Source: Vibrio vulnificus CMCP6 (GTDB taxonomy: Bacteria > Pseudomonadota > Gammaproteobacteria > Enterobacterales > Vibrionaceae). From it: a stretch of DNA of 32,000 nt. The stretch lies in the NCBI RefSeq assembly GCF_000039765.1, contig NC_004459.3, forward strand, positions 420,001 through 452,000, in the 5' to 3' direction. Below the pieces are notes generated by a model. That model saw only the letters and a program-made list of their open reading frames with translations. It did not search any database and had not been told where the DNA came from. The position numbers and the translations under genes are program-made. Below are positions 12,231 to 23,315 of the stretch, in pieces (the first letter of the stretch is position 1; each line of letters begins with the position of its first letter).

Positions 12231-12746
12231 CTAGCCGAAGAGTTTCTCTTCCACTAGCTCTATTTCATTCTTTAGTTTGGCAATAAATTTCAGCTTACGT
12301 ACGCGATCGGCGGCTTGTGGCCACTGAGCGTCATTCAGCTCTTGCTCAATCGTTGCGAGATGTTGTTTGTACATTTTACTCACTCTGGCATCAAACGCAG
12401 CCAAAGCACTCTCAGCATCTGAGCCATGAGGGATCTCTTCCAACTCTTCACGCAATTCCATCTGTTCCATCAGAAACATGGGATCTTGCATGGTTTGCTG
12501 CTCACCTCGGATTTCTAAACCGTTTTGCGATAAAAGGTATTCCGCACGAGAAATGGGATTCTTAAGCACCTGGTAAGCGTCATTAATTTGCGCCGCTTTT
12601 TGTACCGCTAACAAACGATCGCGTTCAGAAGCGGTCGCAAAATTGTCCGGATGGAAGCGTTTTTGCAATTCTCGGAACTGAGAAGAAAGAAGGCTACCAT
12701 CCAGCGAAAACTGAGGTGGTAGCCCAAATAATTCAAAGTGATTCAT
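12231..12746 (-). CDS. hscB: Co-chaperone HscB (J-domain)
   Basis: 171 aa with an N-terminal J-domain that includes the HPD motif (QKRFHPDNF). Confidence 0.95.
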   Translation of the reverse strand: MNHFELFGLPPQFSLDGSLLSSQFRELQKRFHPDNFATASERDRLLAVQKAAQINDAYQVLKNPISRAEYLLSQNGLEIRGEQQTMQDPMFLMEQMELREELEEIPHGSDAESALAAFDARVSKMYKQHLATIEQELNDAQWPQAADRVRKLKFIAKLKNEIELVEEKLFG

Positions 12747-12771
12747 TGATCTATGGTCCTTGAATAAATCT

Positions 12772-12796
12772 TCTGAGCCGACGGTAACGGCTCAGA
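12772..12796 (-). other. Intercistronic stem-loop between iscA and hscB
   Basis: TCTGAGCCG / CGGCTCAGA, a 9-bp stem with a 7-nt loop. The minus-strand sequence after it is AGATTTATTC. Confidence 0.45.
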
Positions 12797-12806
12797 ATTT
12801 CAGTCA

Positions 12807-13130
12807 TTAGACGTTGAAGCTTTCACCGCAACCACATTCACTTTTCGCATTTGGGTTGTTGAATTCAAAGCCTTCATTCAACCCTTCTTTTACGTAGTCA
12901 AGTTGCGTGCCGTCGAGGTACACCAAGCTCTTTTTATCGATAATCACCTTAACGCCTGAATGTTCAAACACTTCGTCTTCTTCATTCAGTTCGTCAACAA
13001 ACTCAAGGACATAGGCCATTCCCGAACAACCGGTCGTCTTCACACCTAAACGCAAACCAACGCCTTTGCCTCGGTTATCTAGGAACGCTTTTACTCGACT
13101 TGCTGCGGTTTCTGTTAATGTGACGGCCAT
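12807..13130 (-). CDS. iscA: Iron-sulfur cluster insertion/carrier protein IscA
   Basis: 107 aa with the conserved Cys residues (TGCSG ... CGCGESF). Confidence 0.96.
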   Translation of the reverse strand: MAVTLTETAASRVKAFLDNRGKGVGLRLGVKTTGCSGMAYVLEFVDELNEEDEVFEHSGVKVIIDKKSLVYLDGTQLDYVKEGLNEGFEFNNPNAKSECGCGESFNV

Positions 13131-13161
13131 ACTGCACCTTAGTTAAATAGTTTACCAATGG

Positions 13162-13184
13162 AATGGGAGCATCGGGCTCCCATT
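13162..13184 (-). other. Intercistronic stem-loop between iscU and iscA
   Basis: AATGGGAGC / GCTCCCATT, a 9-bp stem with a 5-nt loop and no U-tract. Confidence 0.4.
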
Positions 13185-13202
13185 ATAACCTCAAAAAACG
13201 CC

Positions 13203-13586
13203 TTAAAGTTGGTGTTTTTTCTTGTAGTCAGCCACTGCGGCTTTGATTGCATCTTCTGCAAGAATTGAACAGTGCACTTTCACTGGAGGCAACTCGAGCT
13301 CTTCTGCAATTTCCGAGTTTTTGATCGAAGCCGCTTCTTCGATGCTCTTGCCTTTTACCCATTCGGTAACCAATGAGCTTGATGCAATCGCACTACCACA
13401 ACCGTAGGTCTTGAACTTTGCGTCTTCAATGATGCCTTCTGGCGTTACTTTGATTTGCAGTTTCATTACGTCACCACATGCAGGAGCACCAACCATGCCG
13501 CTACCTACCGATGGATCTTCTTTGTCAAACGAACCAACGTTACGTGGGTTCTCATAGTGATCAATTACTTTTTCGCTGTATGCCAT
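13203..13586 (-). CDS. iscU: Fe-S cluster scaffold protein IscU
   Basis: 127 aa beginning MAYSEKVIDHYENPRNVGSF, with the cluster-ligand Cys residues (APACGD, GCGSAIASS, VHCS) and an LPPVK motif. Confidence 0.97.
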   Translation of the reverse strand: MAYSEKVIDHYENPRNVGSFDKEDPSVGSGMVGAPACGDVMKLQIKVTPEGIIEDAKFKTYGCGSAIASSSLVTEWVKGKSIEEAASIKNSEIAEELELPPVKVHCSILAEDAIKAAVADYKKKHQL

Positions 13587-13629
13587 GATATTTACCTCGA
13601 ATCCTCTATAACTTGTCTATGAATTGATC

Positions 13630-14844
13630 TTAGTGGTGAGCCCACTCAACCGTGTTGAGATCAATTCCATCCTTGTACATATCCCATAGAGGAGACATGT
13701 CGCGCAGCTTTTCAACCGCTACACGGATTTGTTCAATTGCGTAGTCGATCTCTTCTTCCGTGGTAAAACGACCAAAAGAGAAACGAATCGAGCTATGTGC
13801 TAACTCATCATTTAGACCGAGAGCACGCAATACATAAGAAGGCTCTAGACTCGCTGAAGTACAAGCACTGCCTGACGATACAGCAAGATCTTTTAAAGAC
13901 ATCAGTAACGACTCACCTTCAACAAAAGCAAAGCTGATGTTCAAGTTGTGTGGAACACGCTGGTCAAGATCGCCGTTGATGGTCACCGCTTCCATGTCTT
14001 TCACGCCGTCTAACAGACGGTTACGAAGCGCTAACGCATGTTGGTAATCTTTTTCCATATCAAGCTTGGCGATACGGAAAGCTTCACCCATGCCAACGAT
14101 TTGGTGAGTCGGTAACGTACCTGAACGGAAACCACGCTCATGACCACCACCATGCATTTGAGCCTCAAGACGAATACGTGGCTTACGACGTACATAAAGC
14201 GCGCCGATACCTTTCGGACCGTAAATCTTATGTGCAGACAGCGAGATCAAGTCTACTTTTAGCTTCTGTACATCAATCGCCACTTTGCCCGCAGACTGCG
14301 CTGCATCGACGTGGAAGATGATTTTACGAGAACGGCAAAGTTCGCCAATGGCTTCAATATCTTGAATCACACCAATTTCATTGTTCACGTGCATAATAGA
14401 CACAAGAACGGTGTCGTCACGCATTGCGGCTTCAAGCTTGCTTAGGCTGATAAGACCATTTGATTCAGGCTCGAGATAAGTCACTTCAAAACCTTCACGC
14501 TCAAGCTGACGGCAAGTATCCAGTACGGCTTTATGCTCAGTTTTGCTAGTAATGACGTGCTTACCTTGTTTTGAGTAGAAGTGAGCTGCGCCTTTGATCG
14601 CTAGGTTATCTGATTCTGTTGCACCAGATGTAAACACAATTTCACGAGGGTCGGCATTCAACAATTCTGCGATTTGCTCACGCGCGGTATCAACCGCTTC
14701 TTCTGCCTGCCAACCGTAGCGATGAGAACGTGACGCTGGGTTACCAAAGGTACCATCCATCGTCATGTACTGAACCATTTTCTCAGCGACACGTGGATCT
14801 ACCGGGCAAGTTGCCGAATAGTCTAGATAAATAGGCAGTTTCAT
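13630..14844 (-). CDS. iscS: Cysteine desulfurase IscS (PLP-dependent)
   Basis: 404 aa beginning [19 protein letters not shown], with the PLP-lysine region [12 protein letters not shown] and the active-site loop SSGSACTS. Confidence 0.97.
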   Translation of the reverse strand: MKLPIYLDYSATCPVDPRVAEKMVQYMTMDGTFGNPASRSHRYGWQAEEAVDTAREQIAELLNADPREIVFTSGATESDNLAIKGAAHFYSKQGKHVITSKTEHKAVLDTCRQLEREGFEVTYLEPESNGLISLSKLEAAMRDDTVLVSIMHVNNEIGVIQDIEAIGELCRSRKIIFHVDAAQSAGKVAIDVQKLKVDLISLSAHKIYGPKGIGALYVRRKPRIRLEAQMHGGGHERGFRSGTLPTHQIVGMGEAFRIAKLDMEKDYQHALALRNRLLDGVKDMEAVTINGDLDQRVPHNLNISFAFVEGESLLMSLKDLAVSSGSACTSASLEPSYVLRALGLNDELAHSSIRFSFGRFTTEEEIDYAIEQIRVAVEKLRDMSPLWDMYKDGIDLNTVEWAHH

Positions 14845-14874
14845 TCTTCACTCCAATGTAAACTTTTTGGCCGC

Positions 14875-15381
14875 TTAAGAGCGGAAATTTACACCGATGG
14901 GCGCGGTGTTAATTGTTTTGTTAGCCAACCCATGATTTACCGCAAGATCAATATCCTGACGGTCGGAAATTTCGATGACTTCATTATCACTCATGAGCTC
15001 GCCAAGCGTGATGTTGTTTAGGAAGTCTGTAATGCGCGAACTCAGGTCACGCCAAAGTGTATGAGTAAGGCAGCGAGTGCCGCCTTGGCAATCTCCTTTG
15101 CCCTGACACTTAGTTGCGTCAACCGATTCGTCAACGGCCGCGATCACCGTTCCAATTGAAATGGTAAATGCATCTGCGCCAAGACGGTAACCACCGCCAG
15201 GGCCACGAACACTCGCAACCAAACCCGCTTTACGCAATTTGGAAAAAAGTTGCTCTAAGTAAGAGAGCGAAATCCCCTGACGCTCGGAAATATCTGCCAG
15301 AGGTACAGGACTTTTTTGCGAATGCAGTGCCACATCCAGCATTGCCGTTACCGCATATCTTCCTTTAGATGTCAGTTTCAT
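14875..15381 (-). CDS. iscR: Fe-S cluster-sensing transcriptional regulator IscR (Rrf2 family)
   Basis: From ATG 15381 the protein reads [20 protein letters not shown]..., collinear with E. coli IscR, and carries the Cys ligand cluster [13 protein letters not shown]. The ORF-track start at 15426 adds 15 unsupported residues. Confidence 0.95.
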   Translation of the reverse strand: MKLTSKGRYAVTAMLDVALHSQKSPVPLADISERQGISLSYLEQLFSKLRKAGLVASVRGPGGGYRLGADAFTISIGTVIAAVDESVDATKCQGKGDCQGGTRCLTHTLWRDLSSRITDFLNNITLGELMSDNEVIEISDRQDIDLAVNHGLANKTINTAPIGVNFRS

Positions 15382-15424
15382 ATCACACCGTATCCACACT
15401 GTTTGTAATGATACGGATTTTTCC

Positions 15425-15449
15425 ATACCTGACCAAAATGGTCAAGTAT
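15425..15449 (-). promoter_or_regulatory. IscR type-1 binding site (promoter-proximal copy)
   Basis: ATACCTGACCAAAATGGTCAAGTAT closely matches the E. coli type-1 consensus ATASYYGACTRWWWYAGTCRRSTAT. It lies 44 bp upstream of the iscR ATG and overlaps a TTGACC -35-like hexamer (15440-15445, minus strand). Confidence 0.75.
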
Positions 15450-15474
15450 TTATTTGACTAAAATAGTCAGGTAT
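15450..15474 (-). promoter_or_regulatory. IscR type-1 binding site (distal copy)
   Basis: The minus strand reads ATACCTGACTATTTTAGTCAAATAA, with GACT-N5-AGTC core halves exactly as in the type-1 consensus. It directly abuts the first site. Confidence 0.75.
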
Positions 15475-15498
15475 TCATCCCTATGAATAGCAGGGATA

Positions 15499-16227
15499 CT
15501 ATTGCTCATTAATGCTCTTTTCTACCGAAGTCAAAATGCCACGCAAAATGTTCAACTCTTGCGCCTCTGGACGAGCTCGGCTGAACAGTCGACGCATTTT
15601 ATTCATGACTTGGTTAGGCTGATCTGCTCGCACAAATTCGGTTTTCAGTAGCACTTTCTCTAAGTGCTGATAAAACAGTTCAAGTTCGCTGTGGCGTGGG
15701 TATTCCGCGGTTTCTTGCGTTGGATATAGGCTTTGTTGATGACGCAAATAAGCCATACGCACTTCGTAACTTAGGGTCTGTACTGCCATCGCGAGATTCA
15801 AGGAGCTGTATTCTGGGTTTGCTGGAATACAAACGTGATAATGGCAACGTTGAAGCTCATCGTTGGTGAGACCGGTACGTTCACGGCCAAATACCAAGGC
15901 AACATGACTCGTTTGCCCCTCTTGGACAAACTTTTCCGCGCATTCAAACGGTTCAAGCATCGGCCACTCAAGCGTACGAGAACGGGCACTTGAACCGACA
16001 ACCAGCGCACAATCGGCCACCGCTTCTTCCAGTGAATTCACCACTAACGCATTCAATGCGATATCCGCCGCTCCCGATGCCAAAGCGATAGCTTGAGCGT
16101 CAACCTCACATTCAGGCTGAACAAGCACAAGCTGCGATAAACCCATCACCTTCATGGCACGAGCTGCAGACCCAATATTTCCGGAGTGAGAGGTGCCAAC
16201 AAGGACGACTTTTACTTTATCTAACAT
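15499..16227 (-). CDS. trmJ: tRNA (cytidine/uridine-2'-O-)-methyltransferase TrmJ (SPOUT family)
   Basis: From ATG 16227 the protein reads [26 protein letters not shown], collinear with E. coli TrmJ ([26 protein letters not shown]). The ORF-track start at 16239 is a TTG four codons upstream. Confidence 0.93.
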   Translation of the reverse strand: MLDKVKVVLVGTSHSGNIGSAARAMKVMGLSQLVLVQPECEVDAQAIALASGAADIALNALVVNSLEEAVADCALVVGSSARSRTLEWPMLEPFECAEKFVQEGQTSHVALVFGRERTGLTNDELQRCHYHVCIPANPEYSSLNLAMAVQTLSYEVRMAYLRHQQSLYPTQETAEYPRHSELELFYQHLEKVLLKTEFVRADQPNQVMNKMRRLFSRARPEAQELNILRGILTSVEKSINEQ

Positions 16228-16471
16228 GCAAACTTTCAATGGCTGATTTCAAACCGCGGGATTTTATCATAGTTTTTTCCCACACCCTATATTGGATATG
16301 ACGAGAACAAGCCTCCCCCCCTCTCTTCCCTTTTTCATGTAAACGATTTCTTGAGTTTCGTCACACCAGTCAACCTCAAAAGAACAAAAATTAACCACTT
16401 CCCTTTTGGGTTTTCTCTGGTATACTCCCCGCCGCTTTTATTTGTTCTTTAACATCCGTTGGGAAAATCGT

Positions 16472-17275
16472 ATGCATCCAATGCTAAACATTGCTATTCG
16501 CGCTGCGCGAAAAGCAGGTAACCATATTGCTAAATCACTAGAAAACGTTGAGAAGATTGAATCTACACTAAAAGGCACAAACGACTTTGTGACTAACGTA
16601 GATAAAGAAGCTGAAACAATCATCATCGACACCATCAAGAGCTCATACCCTGAGCATTGCATCGTGGCTGAAGAAAACGGCCTGATCAACGGTAAAGATA
16701 AAGATGTGCAATGGATCATCGACCCACTGGATGGCACGACAAACTTTGTAAAAGGTTTGCCTCACTTCGCTGTTTCAATCGCGGTACGCATCAAAGGCAA
16801 AACCGAAGTTGCTTGTGTATACGACCCAATGCTAAACGAGCTATTCACCGCTCAACGTGGTGCTGGCGCTCAACTTAACAACGCACGTATCCGCGTTAAA
16901 CAACCAAAAGACCTTCAAGGCGCAATCATCGCAACAGGTTTCCCATTCAAGCAAAAGCAACACTCAGAGTCTTACTTCAAGATCATGTCTGCGATGTTTG
17001 TAGAAGTGGCGGATTTCCGCCGCGCTGGCTCTGCTGCACTTGATCTCTGTTACGTGGCAGCTGGCCGCGTAGATGGCTACTTTGAGCTAGGCCTAAAACC
17101 TTGGGATATCGCAGCGGGTGAGCTTATTGCTCGTGAAGCAGGCGCGATCATCACTGACTTTGCTGGCGGTACAGAATACATCAAGTCAGGTAACGTTGTT
17201 GCATCAAGTGCTCGTGGTGTTAAATCACTACTGAAACACATCCGTGAAAACGGCAACGAAGCGATTCTTAAGTAA
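16472..17275 (+). CDS. suhB: Inositol-1-monophosphatase / Nus-associated factor SuhB
   Basis: From ATG 16472 the protein reads MHPMLNIAIRAARKAGN, close to the E. coli SuhB N-terminus. The IMPase motifs WIIDPLDGTTNF and DFRRAGSAALDLCYVAAG are present. The ORF-track start at 16406 adds 22 unsupported residues. Confidence 0.96.
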   Translation: MHPMLNIAIRAARKAGNHIAKSLENVEKIESTLKGTNDFVTNVDKEAETIIIDTIKSSYPEHCIVAEENGLINGKDKDVQWIIDPLDGTTNFVKGLPHFAVSIAVRIKGKTEVACVYDPMLNELFTAQRGAGAQLNNARIRVKQPKDLQGAIIATGFPFKQKQHSESYFKIMSAMFVEVADFRRAGSAALDLCYVAAGRVDGYFELGLKPWDIAAGELIAREAGAIITDFAGGTEYIKSGNVVASSARGVKSLLKHIRENGNEAILK

Positions 17276-17309
17276 TCTCTAGCCCGTCACGCTGATTACT
17301 TTTGAATAA

Positions 17310-17336
17310 GCCCTCGCATTATGCGGGGGCTTTTTT
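17310..17336 (+). terminator. Rho-independent terminator of suhB
   Basis: GCCCTCGC / GCGGGGGC stem (one G-U pair) followed by TTTTTT. Confidence 0.8.
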
Positions 17337-17354
17337 ATACCGCCAAGAAAGTAA

Positions 17355-17383
17355 CAAAAAAAGCCACTGCAATTGCAGTGGCT
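17355..17383 (-). terminator. Rho-independent terminator of the yajC-secDF operon
   Basis: AGCCACTGCA / TGCAGTGGCT perfect stem. On the minus strand it is followed by TTTTTTT (A-run at 17355-17361 on the plus strand). Confidence 0.85.
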
Positions 17384-17407
17384 TCAATCGATGATTCGAG
17401 CAGAGTA

Positions 17408-18355
17408 TTAAGGCATCTCTTCGAATTCTGCACCTTCTTTCTCGACTTGCGGAGGCATTAAATGCTCTTTCTGGATACCCAGTTTGAGCGCCAAAGCAGA
17501 TGCCACATAGATAGAAGAGTAAGTACCGACGGTAATACCAAGTAGCAATGCGGTCGCGAAACCGTGAATCATCGCCCCACCTTGAACAAACAGTGCAATC
17601 ACCACAAACAAGGTCGTACCTGAGGTAATCAACGTACGGCTTAGTGTTTGTGTGATCGAGCTGTTCATGATCTCAGCCGGTTCACCCTTACGCATTTTGC
17701 GGAAGTTTTCGCGAATACGGTCAAAGACAACAATGGTATCGTTGAGTGAGTAACCCACCACCGTCAGCAATGCCGCCACAATGGTAAGATCGACTTCAAT
17801 TTGCATCAAAGAGAATACACCCAATGTGATGATAACGTCATGCGCCAGTGCCATTACCGCACCTGCCGCCAAACGCCATTCAAAACGCATCGAAACATAG
17901 ATCAAAATACAGATCAACGACACCAAGATCGCCAGACCACCCGCTTCTGTCAGCTCATCACCTACATTTGGACCAACGAATTCAATACGGCGCATCTCGA
18001 CTGATTTACCCGTACCTTCTTTGATCGCACTTAGGATTTGGTTCCCTAAGGTTTCACCTGCCATATCTTCACGAGGGCGAAGGCGAACCATGACATCACG
18101 AGCAGAACCAAAGTTCTGTACCGTTGCGTCACCAAAACCTTTGGCTTCAAGTGCACTGCGGATCTCTTCAAGGTTTGCCGGCTGCTCAAAGCCCACTTCA
18201 ATCAGAGTACCGCCTGTAAAATCCAACCCCCAGTTCAACCATTTGGTTGAGAGAGTAAAAATCGACGCACCGATCATCAATAAAGAGAAGACAAATGCGA
18301 ATTTCGACCAACGCATAAAGTCGATCGTTTTCTCTGCTTTTAGAATTTGAAACAT
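17408..18355 (-). CDS. secF: Protein translocase subunit SecF
   Basis: 315 aa, multi-pass membrane protein with the motif NWGLDFTGG, adjacent to secD. Confidence 0.96.
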   Translation of the reverse strand: MFQILKAEKTIDFMRWSKFAFVFSLLMIGASIFTLSTKWLNWGLDFTGGTLIEVGFEQPANLEEIRSALEAKGFGDATVQNFGSARDVMVRLRPREDMAGETLGNQILSAIKEGTGKSVEMRRIEFVGPNVGDELTEAGGLAILVSLICILIYVSMRFEWRLAAGAVMALAHDVIITLGVFSLMQIEVDLTIVAALLTVVGYSLNDTIVVFDRIRENFRKMRKGEPAEIMNSSITQTLSRTLITSGTTLFVVIALFVQGGAMIHGFATALLLGITVGTYSSIYVASALALKLGIQKEHLMPPQVEKEGAEFEEMP

Positions 18356-18369
18356 AACAATTCCCAGCC

Positions 18370-20226
18370 TTAGATCGACAGTTTATTAATGCGTTTACCA
18401 CCATAAAGCAGGTTCACGATACAACGTGTACCAATAATGGCCGTAAACATTGAGGTCAAAATGCCGATAGAGAGCGTCACAGCAAAGCCTTTGATTGCAC
18501 CCGTACCGACGGCAAATAGAATAATCGCGGTAATCAAGGTTGTGATGTTCGCATCCGCAATGGTGCTAAATGCATTGGCATAACCTTGGTGAATCGCTTG
18601 CTGAGGATTGCGTCCTTCACGCAGCTCTTCACGAATACGCTCAAAGATCAGTACGTTTGCATCGACCGCCATACCGACCGTTAGAACAATACCGGCAATA
18701 CCTGGTAGCGTCATCGTCGCACCTGGAATCATGGACATCACACCGATGATCAGGACAAGGTTTGCCATCAAGGCGACGTTCGCAATCAGACCAAACTTGC
18801 GGTAGTAAAGCAGTGTGAACAGCATCACCGCAACCATACCCCAAATACACGCTTGGATACCCATATCGATGTTTTGCTGACCCATTGATGGACCAATGGT
18901 ACGCTCTTCAACGATTGAGATAGGTGCGATCAAAGCACCAGCACGCAGTAGCAACGCAAGGTTATGTGCTTCAGCAGCAGAATCGATACCCGTAATGCGG
19001 AAGTTACGACCAAGAGCCGACTGGATCGTGGCTTGGTTAATGACTTCCTCATGCTTGGTCAAAATGACTTTGCCTTCTGGAGACTTACGACCGCTGTCTT
19101 TGTATTCCGCAAACACCGTGGCCATTAGCTTGCCAATGTTTTTCTTCGAAAACGCAGCCATCTTGTTACCACCTTCGCTGTCTAGCGAGATGTTTACTTG
19201 AGGACGACCATATTCATCAACACTTGAACTTGCATCGGTAATGCTTGCCCCACTGAGAATAACGCGTTTCTTCAACACCACAGGACGGCCATTACGATCT
19301 TGCTTAATCTCGCTGCCCGCAGGCGCTCGACCACTTGCCGCAGCAGCAAGATCCGCTTTGTCATCCACTTCACGGAATTCTAGCGTTGCTGTCGCACCTA
19401 GAATCTCTTTGGCACGAGCAGTATCTTGCACACCTGGCAGTTCAACCACGATACGGCTAGCACCTTGACGTTGAACAAGTGGCTCAGCAACACCTAGCTC
19501 ATTCACACGGTTACGTAGAATGGTGATGTTCTGTTCAACAGCGTAGTTACGGATTTCTTGCAGACGGGTTTCAGTAAAGGTAGCAATTAAGGCGTAACGG
19601 CCATCTTTGTCTGATTCGACAAAAGCCATATCAGGATGCAATTTTTCAAGTTCACGTTTTGCTTGAGATAGCTCTTCACCATCTCTGAGCAACACTTCGA
19701 TCGCATCACTGCCAACAGGGCGAATAGAGCGATAGCGAATTTTTGCATCACGAAGTTCACTACGGAAAGCATCTTCTTGTTGCCCCACCAGCTTTTCCAT
19801 CGCGGCATCCATATCCACTTCCATCAAGAAGTGCACACCACCACGTAGGTCAAGACCCAGTTTCATAGGAGCAGCACCTATCGATTCAAGCCAGTCTGGC
19901 GTTGAAGGTGCTAAGTTCAGAGCAACAATTTTGTCTTTGCCCAACGCTTCACTGATCACATCACGAGCACTAATTTGCGTATCGGTGTCGTTAAAACGAA
20001 CAAGAATGGATCCATTCTCTAAAGCAATGGATTTATGGGAAAGATTCTCTTTATTAAGAGCGTTAGTGACAGCATCCAGCGTTGACATATCTACAGAGGC
20101 GCCACGCGCCCCTGTAACTTGAATAGCCGGATCTTCACCGTAGATATTTGGAAGTGCGTACAAGGCAGCGATGGCAATGGCAAACATAACCATCAAGTAC
20201 TTCCATAAAGGATAACGGTTCAGCAC
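18370..20226 (-). CDS. secD: Protein translocase subunit SecD
   Basis: 618 aa. The N-terminus [13 protein letters not shown] is nearly identical to E. coli SecD. Confidence 0.97.
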   Translation of the reverse strand: MLNRYPLWKYLMVMFAIAIAALYALPNIYGEDPAIQVTGARGASVDMSTLDAVTNALNKENLSHKSIALENGSILVRFNDTDTQISARDVISEALGKDKIVALNLAPSTPDWLESIGAAPMKLGLDLRGGVHFLMEVDMDAAMEKLVGQQEDAFRSELRDAKIRYRSIRPVGSDAIEVLLRDGEELSQAKRELEKLHPDMAFVESDKDGRYALIATFTETRLQEIRNYAVEQNITILRNRVNELGVAEPLVQRQGASRIVVELPGVQDTARAKEILGATATLEFREVDDKADLAAAASGRAPAGSEIKQDRNGRPVVLKKRVILSGASITDASSSVDEYGRPQVNISLDSEGGNKMAAFSKKNIGKLMATVFAEYKDSGRKSPEGKVILTKHEEVINQATIQSALGRNFRITGIDSAAEAHNLALLLRAGALIAPISIVEERTIGPSMGQQNIDMGIQACIWGMVAVMLFTLLYYRKFGLIANVALMANLVLIIGVMSMIPGATMTLPGIAGIVLTVGMAVDANVLIFERIREELREGRNPQQAIHQGYANAFSTIADANITTLITAIILFAVGTGAIKGFAVTLSIGILTSMFTAIIGTRCIVNLLYGGKRINKLSI

Positions 20227-20247
20227 AGCGAGGATCCTCTAGCTGTT

Positions 20248-20577
20248 TTATAGAGATTTAAGCGTACCTTTTGGTAGCACAGCGGTAACGAAGTCTTTTT
20301 TGATCACAACTTCGTTGTTTGGGTTAAGTTCGATTGTCACGAAGTCATTGTCTTCTGCAATCTTAGTGATTTTACCCACAAGACCACCATTGGTCAGAAC
20401 TTCATCACCTTTACCCATGGATGCCATTAGGCTCTTGTGCTCTTTAACACGTTTCGCTTGTGGACGGTAAATCATGAAGTAGAAAATCACACCGAACATA
20501 CCCAACATGATGAGCATTTCGAACATGCCGCCTTGTTGTGCGCCTTCTGCTGCTGCGTGAGCTTGAGAGATAAACAT
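20248..20577 (-). CDS. yajC: Preprotein translocase accessory subunit YajC
   Basis: 109 aa. FYFMIYRPQAKRVKEHK and GDEVLTNGGLVGKITK match E. coli YajC. Confidence 0.95.
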   Translation of the reverse strand: MFISQAHAAAEGAQQGGMFEMLIMLGMFGVIFYFMIYRPQAKRVKEHKSLMASMGKGDEVLTNGGLVGKITKIAEDNDFVTIELNPNNEVVIKKDFVTAVLPKGTLKSL

Positions 20578-20694
20578 TAAAACATCCTCATTAATTTTTA
20601 TTAATAATCCAATAAATTGGGTAACGCCACCTCATTTTCAAGCGAGTTCACTCACAAAAACAAGATGGCGTAACACTTTTTTACTATTGCGAAC

Positions 20695-21948
<1,254 letters not shown>

Positions 21949-22046
21949 CTAGCACTCGTTTTGCATGCAGCCAAGATTATCCCGATCTGCACCACTAAAA
22001 TGAAACTTACTTCACTTTAGATAACATTTGTTGCGCTTTTTATGGC

Positions 22047-23099
22047 TTATTGCGTTTTCTTCTCAATGAACATCGCATCCCCGTAAGAGAAAAAACGATA
22101 TTGATTGGACACGGCATGCTGATACGCATTCATGGTATGGTCATAACCGGCAAATGCACTCACCAGCATAATCAGCGTCGATTCTGGCAAATGGAAATTG
22201 GTGATCAAACAGTCCACCAACTGATATTGATAGCCAGGGAAAATGAAGATTTCCGTATCGCCAAAGAAAGGCATCAACTCTGTGCCGTTTTTCAACGACT
22301 CTTGCGCCGCGCTCTCTAGAGAGCGTACTGACGTGGTACCAACCGCAATGACGCGGCCACCACGTGCTTTCGTGGCGTTAATCGCATCCACCACCTCTTG
22401 TGGTACTTCTGCGTACTCAGAGTGCATGTGATGCTCAAGAATATTGTCCACTTTCACTGGCTGAAATGTGCCAGCACCGACATGCAACGTCACGTACGCA
22501 AACTCAGCGCCTTTGGCTTTGATCTGCTCAAGCAGCTGATTGTCAAAATGCAATCCCGCCGTCGGTGCAGCAACCGCACCCGGTTTTTGGTTATAAACCG
22601 TTTGGTAACGCTCTTTATCCGCATCCTCATCTGGGCGGTCAATGTAAGGTGGAAGAGGCATATGGCCAATTTCTTCCAACACTTCGAGAATGGTTTTGTC
22701 TGCCTTTAAATGGAGCTCAAACAACGCATCTTGGCGCGCCACCATCTCTGCTGAGTATTGGTCTTCTTCCCCAAGAAAGACTAACGTACCCGGTTTCGGA
22801 GACTTAGAACTGCGTACATGCGCGAGGAAGCGTTTCTCATCAAGCATGCGCTCGACCAAGACTTCCAACTTGCCGCCAGATTCTTTACGACCAAACATGC
22901 GTGCAGGAATCACTCGCGTGTTGTTAAACACCAAAAGATCCCCTGCTTGAACCAGCTCCAACACATCTTTGAACGAGCCATCTTTTACAGCGCCGGTGTT
23001 GCCATTTAGCTGAAGTAGACGACTGGCGGTACGCTCCGATTGAGGATAACGAGCGATCAGTTCGTCAGGTAAGTCAAAGTGAAAATCTGAAACTTGCAT
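22047..23099 (-). CDS. queA: S-adenosylmethionine:tRNA ribosyltransferase-isomerase
   Basis: 350 aa beginning [19 protein letters not shown], typical of QueA and adjacent to tgt. Confidence 0.96.
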   Translation of the reverse strand: MQVSDFHFDLPDELIARYPQSERTASRLLQLNGNTGAVKDGSFKDVLELVQAGDLLVFNNTRVIPARMFGRKESGGKLEVLVERMLDEKRFLAHVRSSKSPKPGTLVFLGEEDQYSAEMVARQDALFELHLKADKTILEVLEEIGHMPLPPYIDRPDEDADKERYQTVYNQKPGAVAAPTAGLHFDNQLLEQIKAKGAEFAYVTLHVGAGTFQPVKVDNILEHHMHSEYAEVPQEVVDAINATKARGGRVIAVGTTSVRSLESAAQESLKNGTELMPFFGDTEIFIFPGYQYQLVDCLITNFHLPESTLIMLVSAFAGYDHTMNAYQHAVSNQYRFFSYGDAMFIEKKTQ

Positions 23100-23248
23100 G
23101 CTACTGCTCTTGGTAAATTTGTCGAAATAAAGGAATTCTGTTGCGAGTAAAATTTTCGCAGTGGGCTAGTATAGAGCGAGACCAGTCAATAGCAAGAAAA
23201 GTTCAGATTGAGAATGTAACAACTTCCCGTCAGCTTGAGGGGGGACGC

Positions 23249-23285
23249 AAAGAAAGAATAACGCTCCTCTCAAATGAGTGGAGCG
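23249..23285 (-). terminator. Rho-independent terminator of the protease gene
   Basis: CGCTCCTCTC / GAGTGGAGCG stem (one mismatch) with a 4-nt loop, 30 nt after the stop. On the minus strand it is followed by TTATTCTTTCTTT. Confidence 0.6.
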
Positions 23286-23315
23286 CAGACATAGCAAACA
23301 CGGCTTGTGGCTAAG

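Noticed and set aside
16311-16335. Pure pyrimidine tract with a C7 run (CCTCCCCCCCTCTCTTCCCTTTTT) in the trmJ/suhB divergent region; considered as a phase-variation tract
   Set aside because: A 7-nt homopolymer is short for slipped-strand switching. It is neither inside a coding frame nor clearly in a -35/-10 spacer, since the suhB extended -10 TGGTATACT is about 85 bp away. The evidence is too weak to report as a finding.
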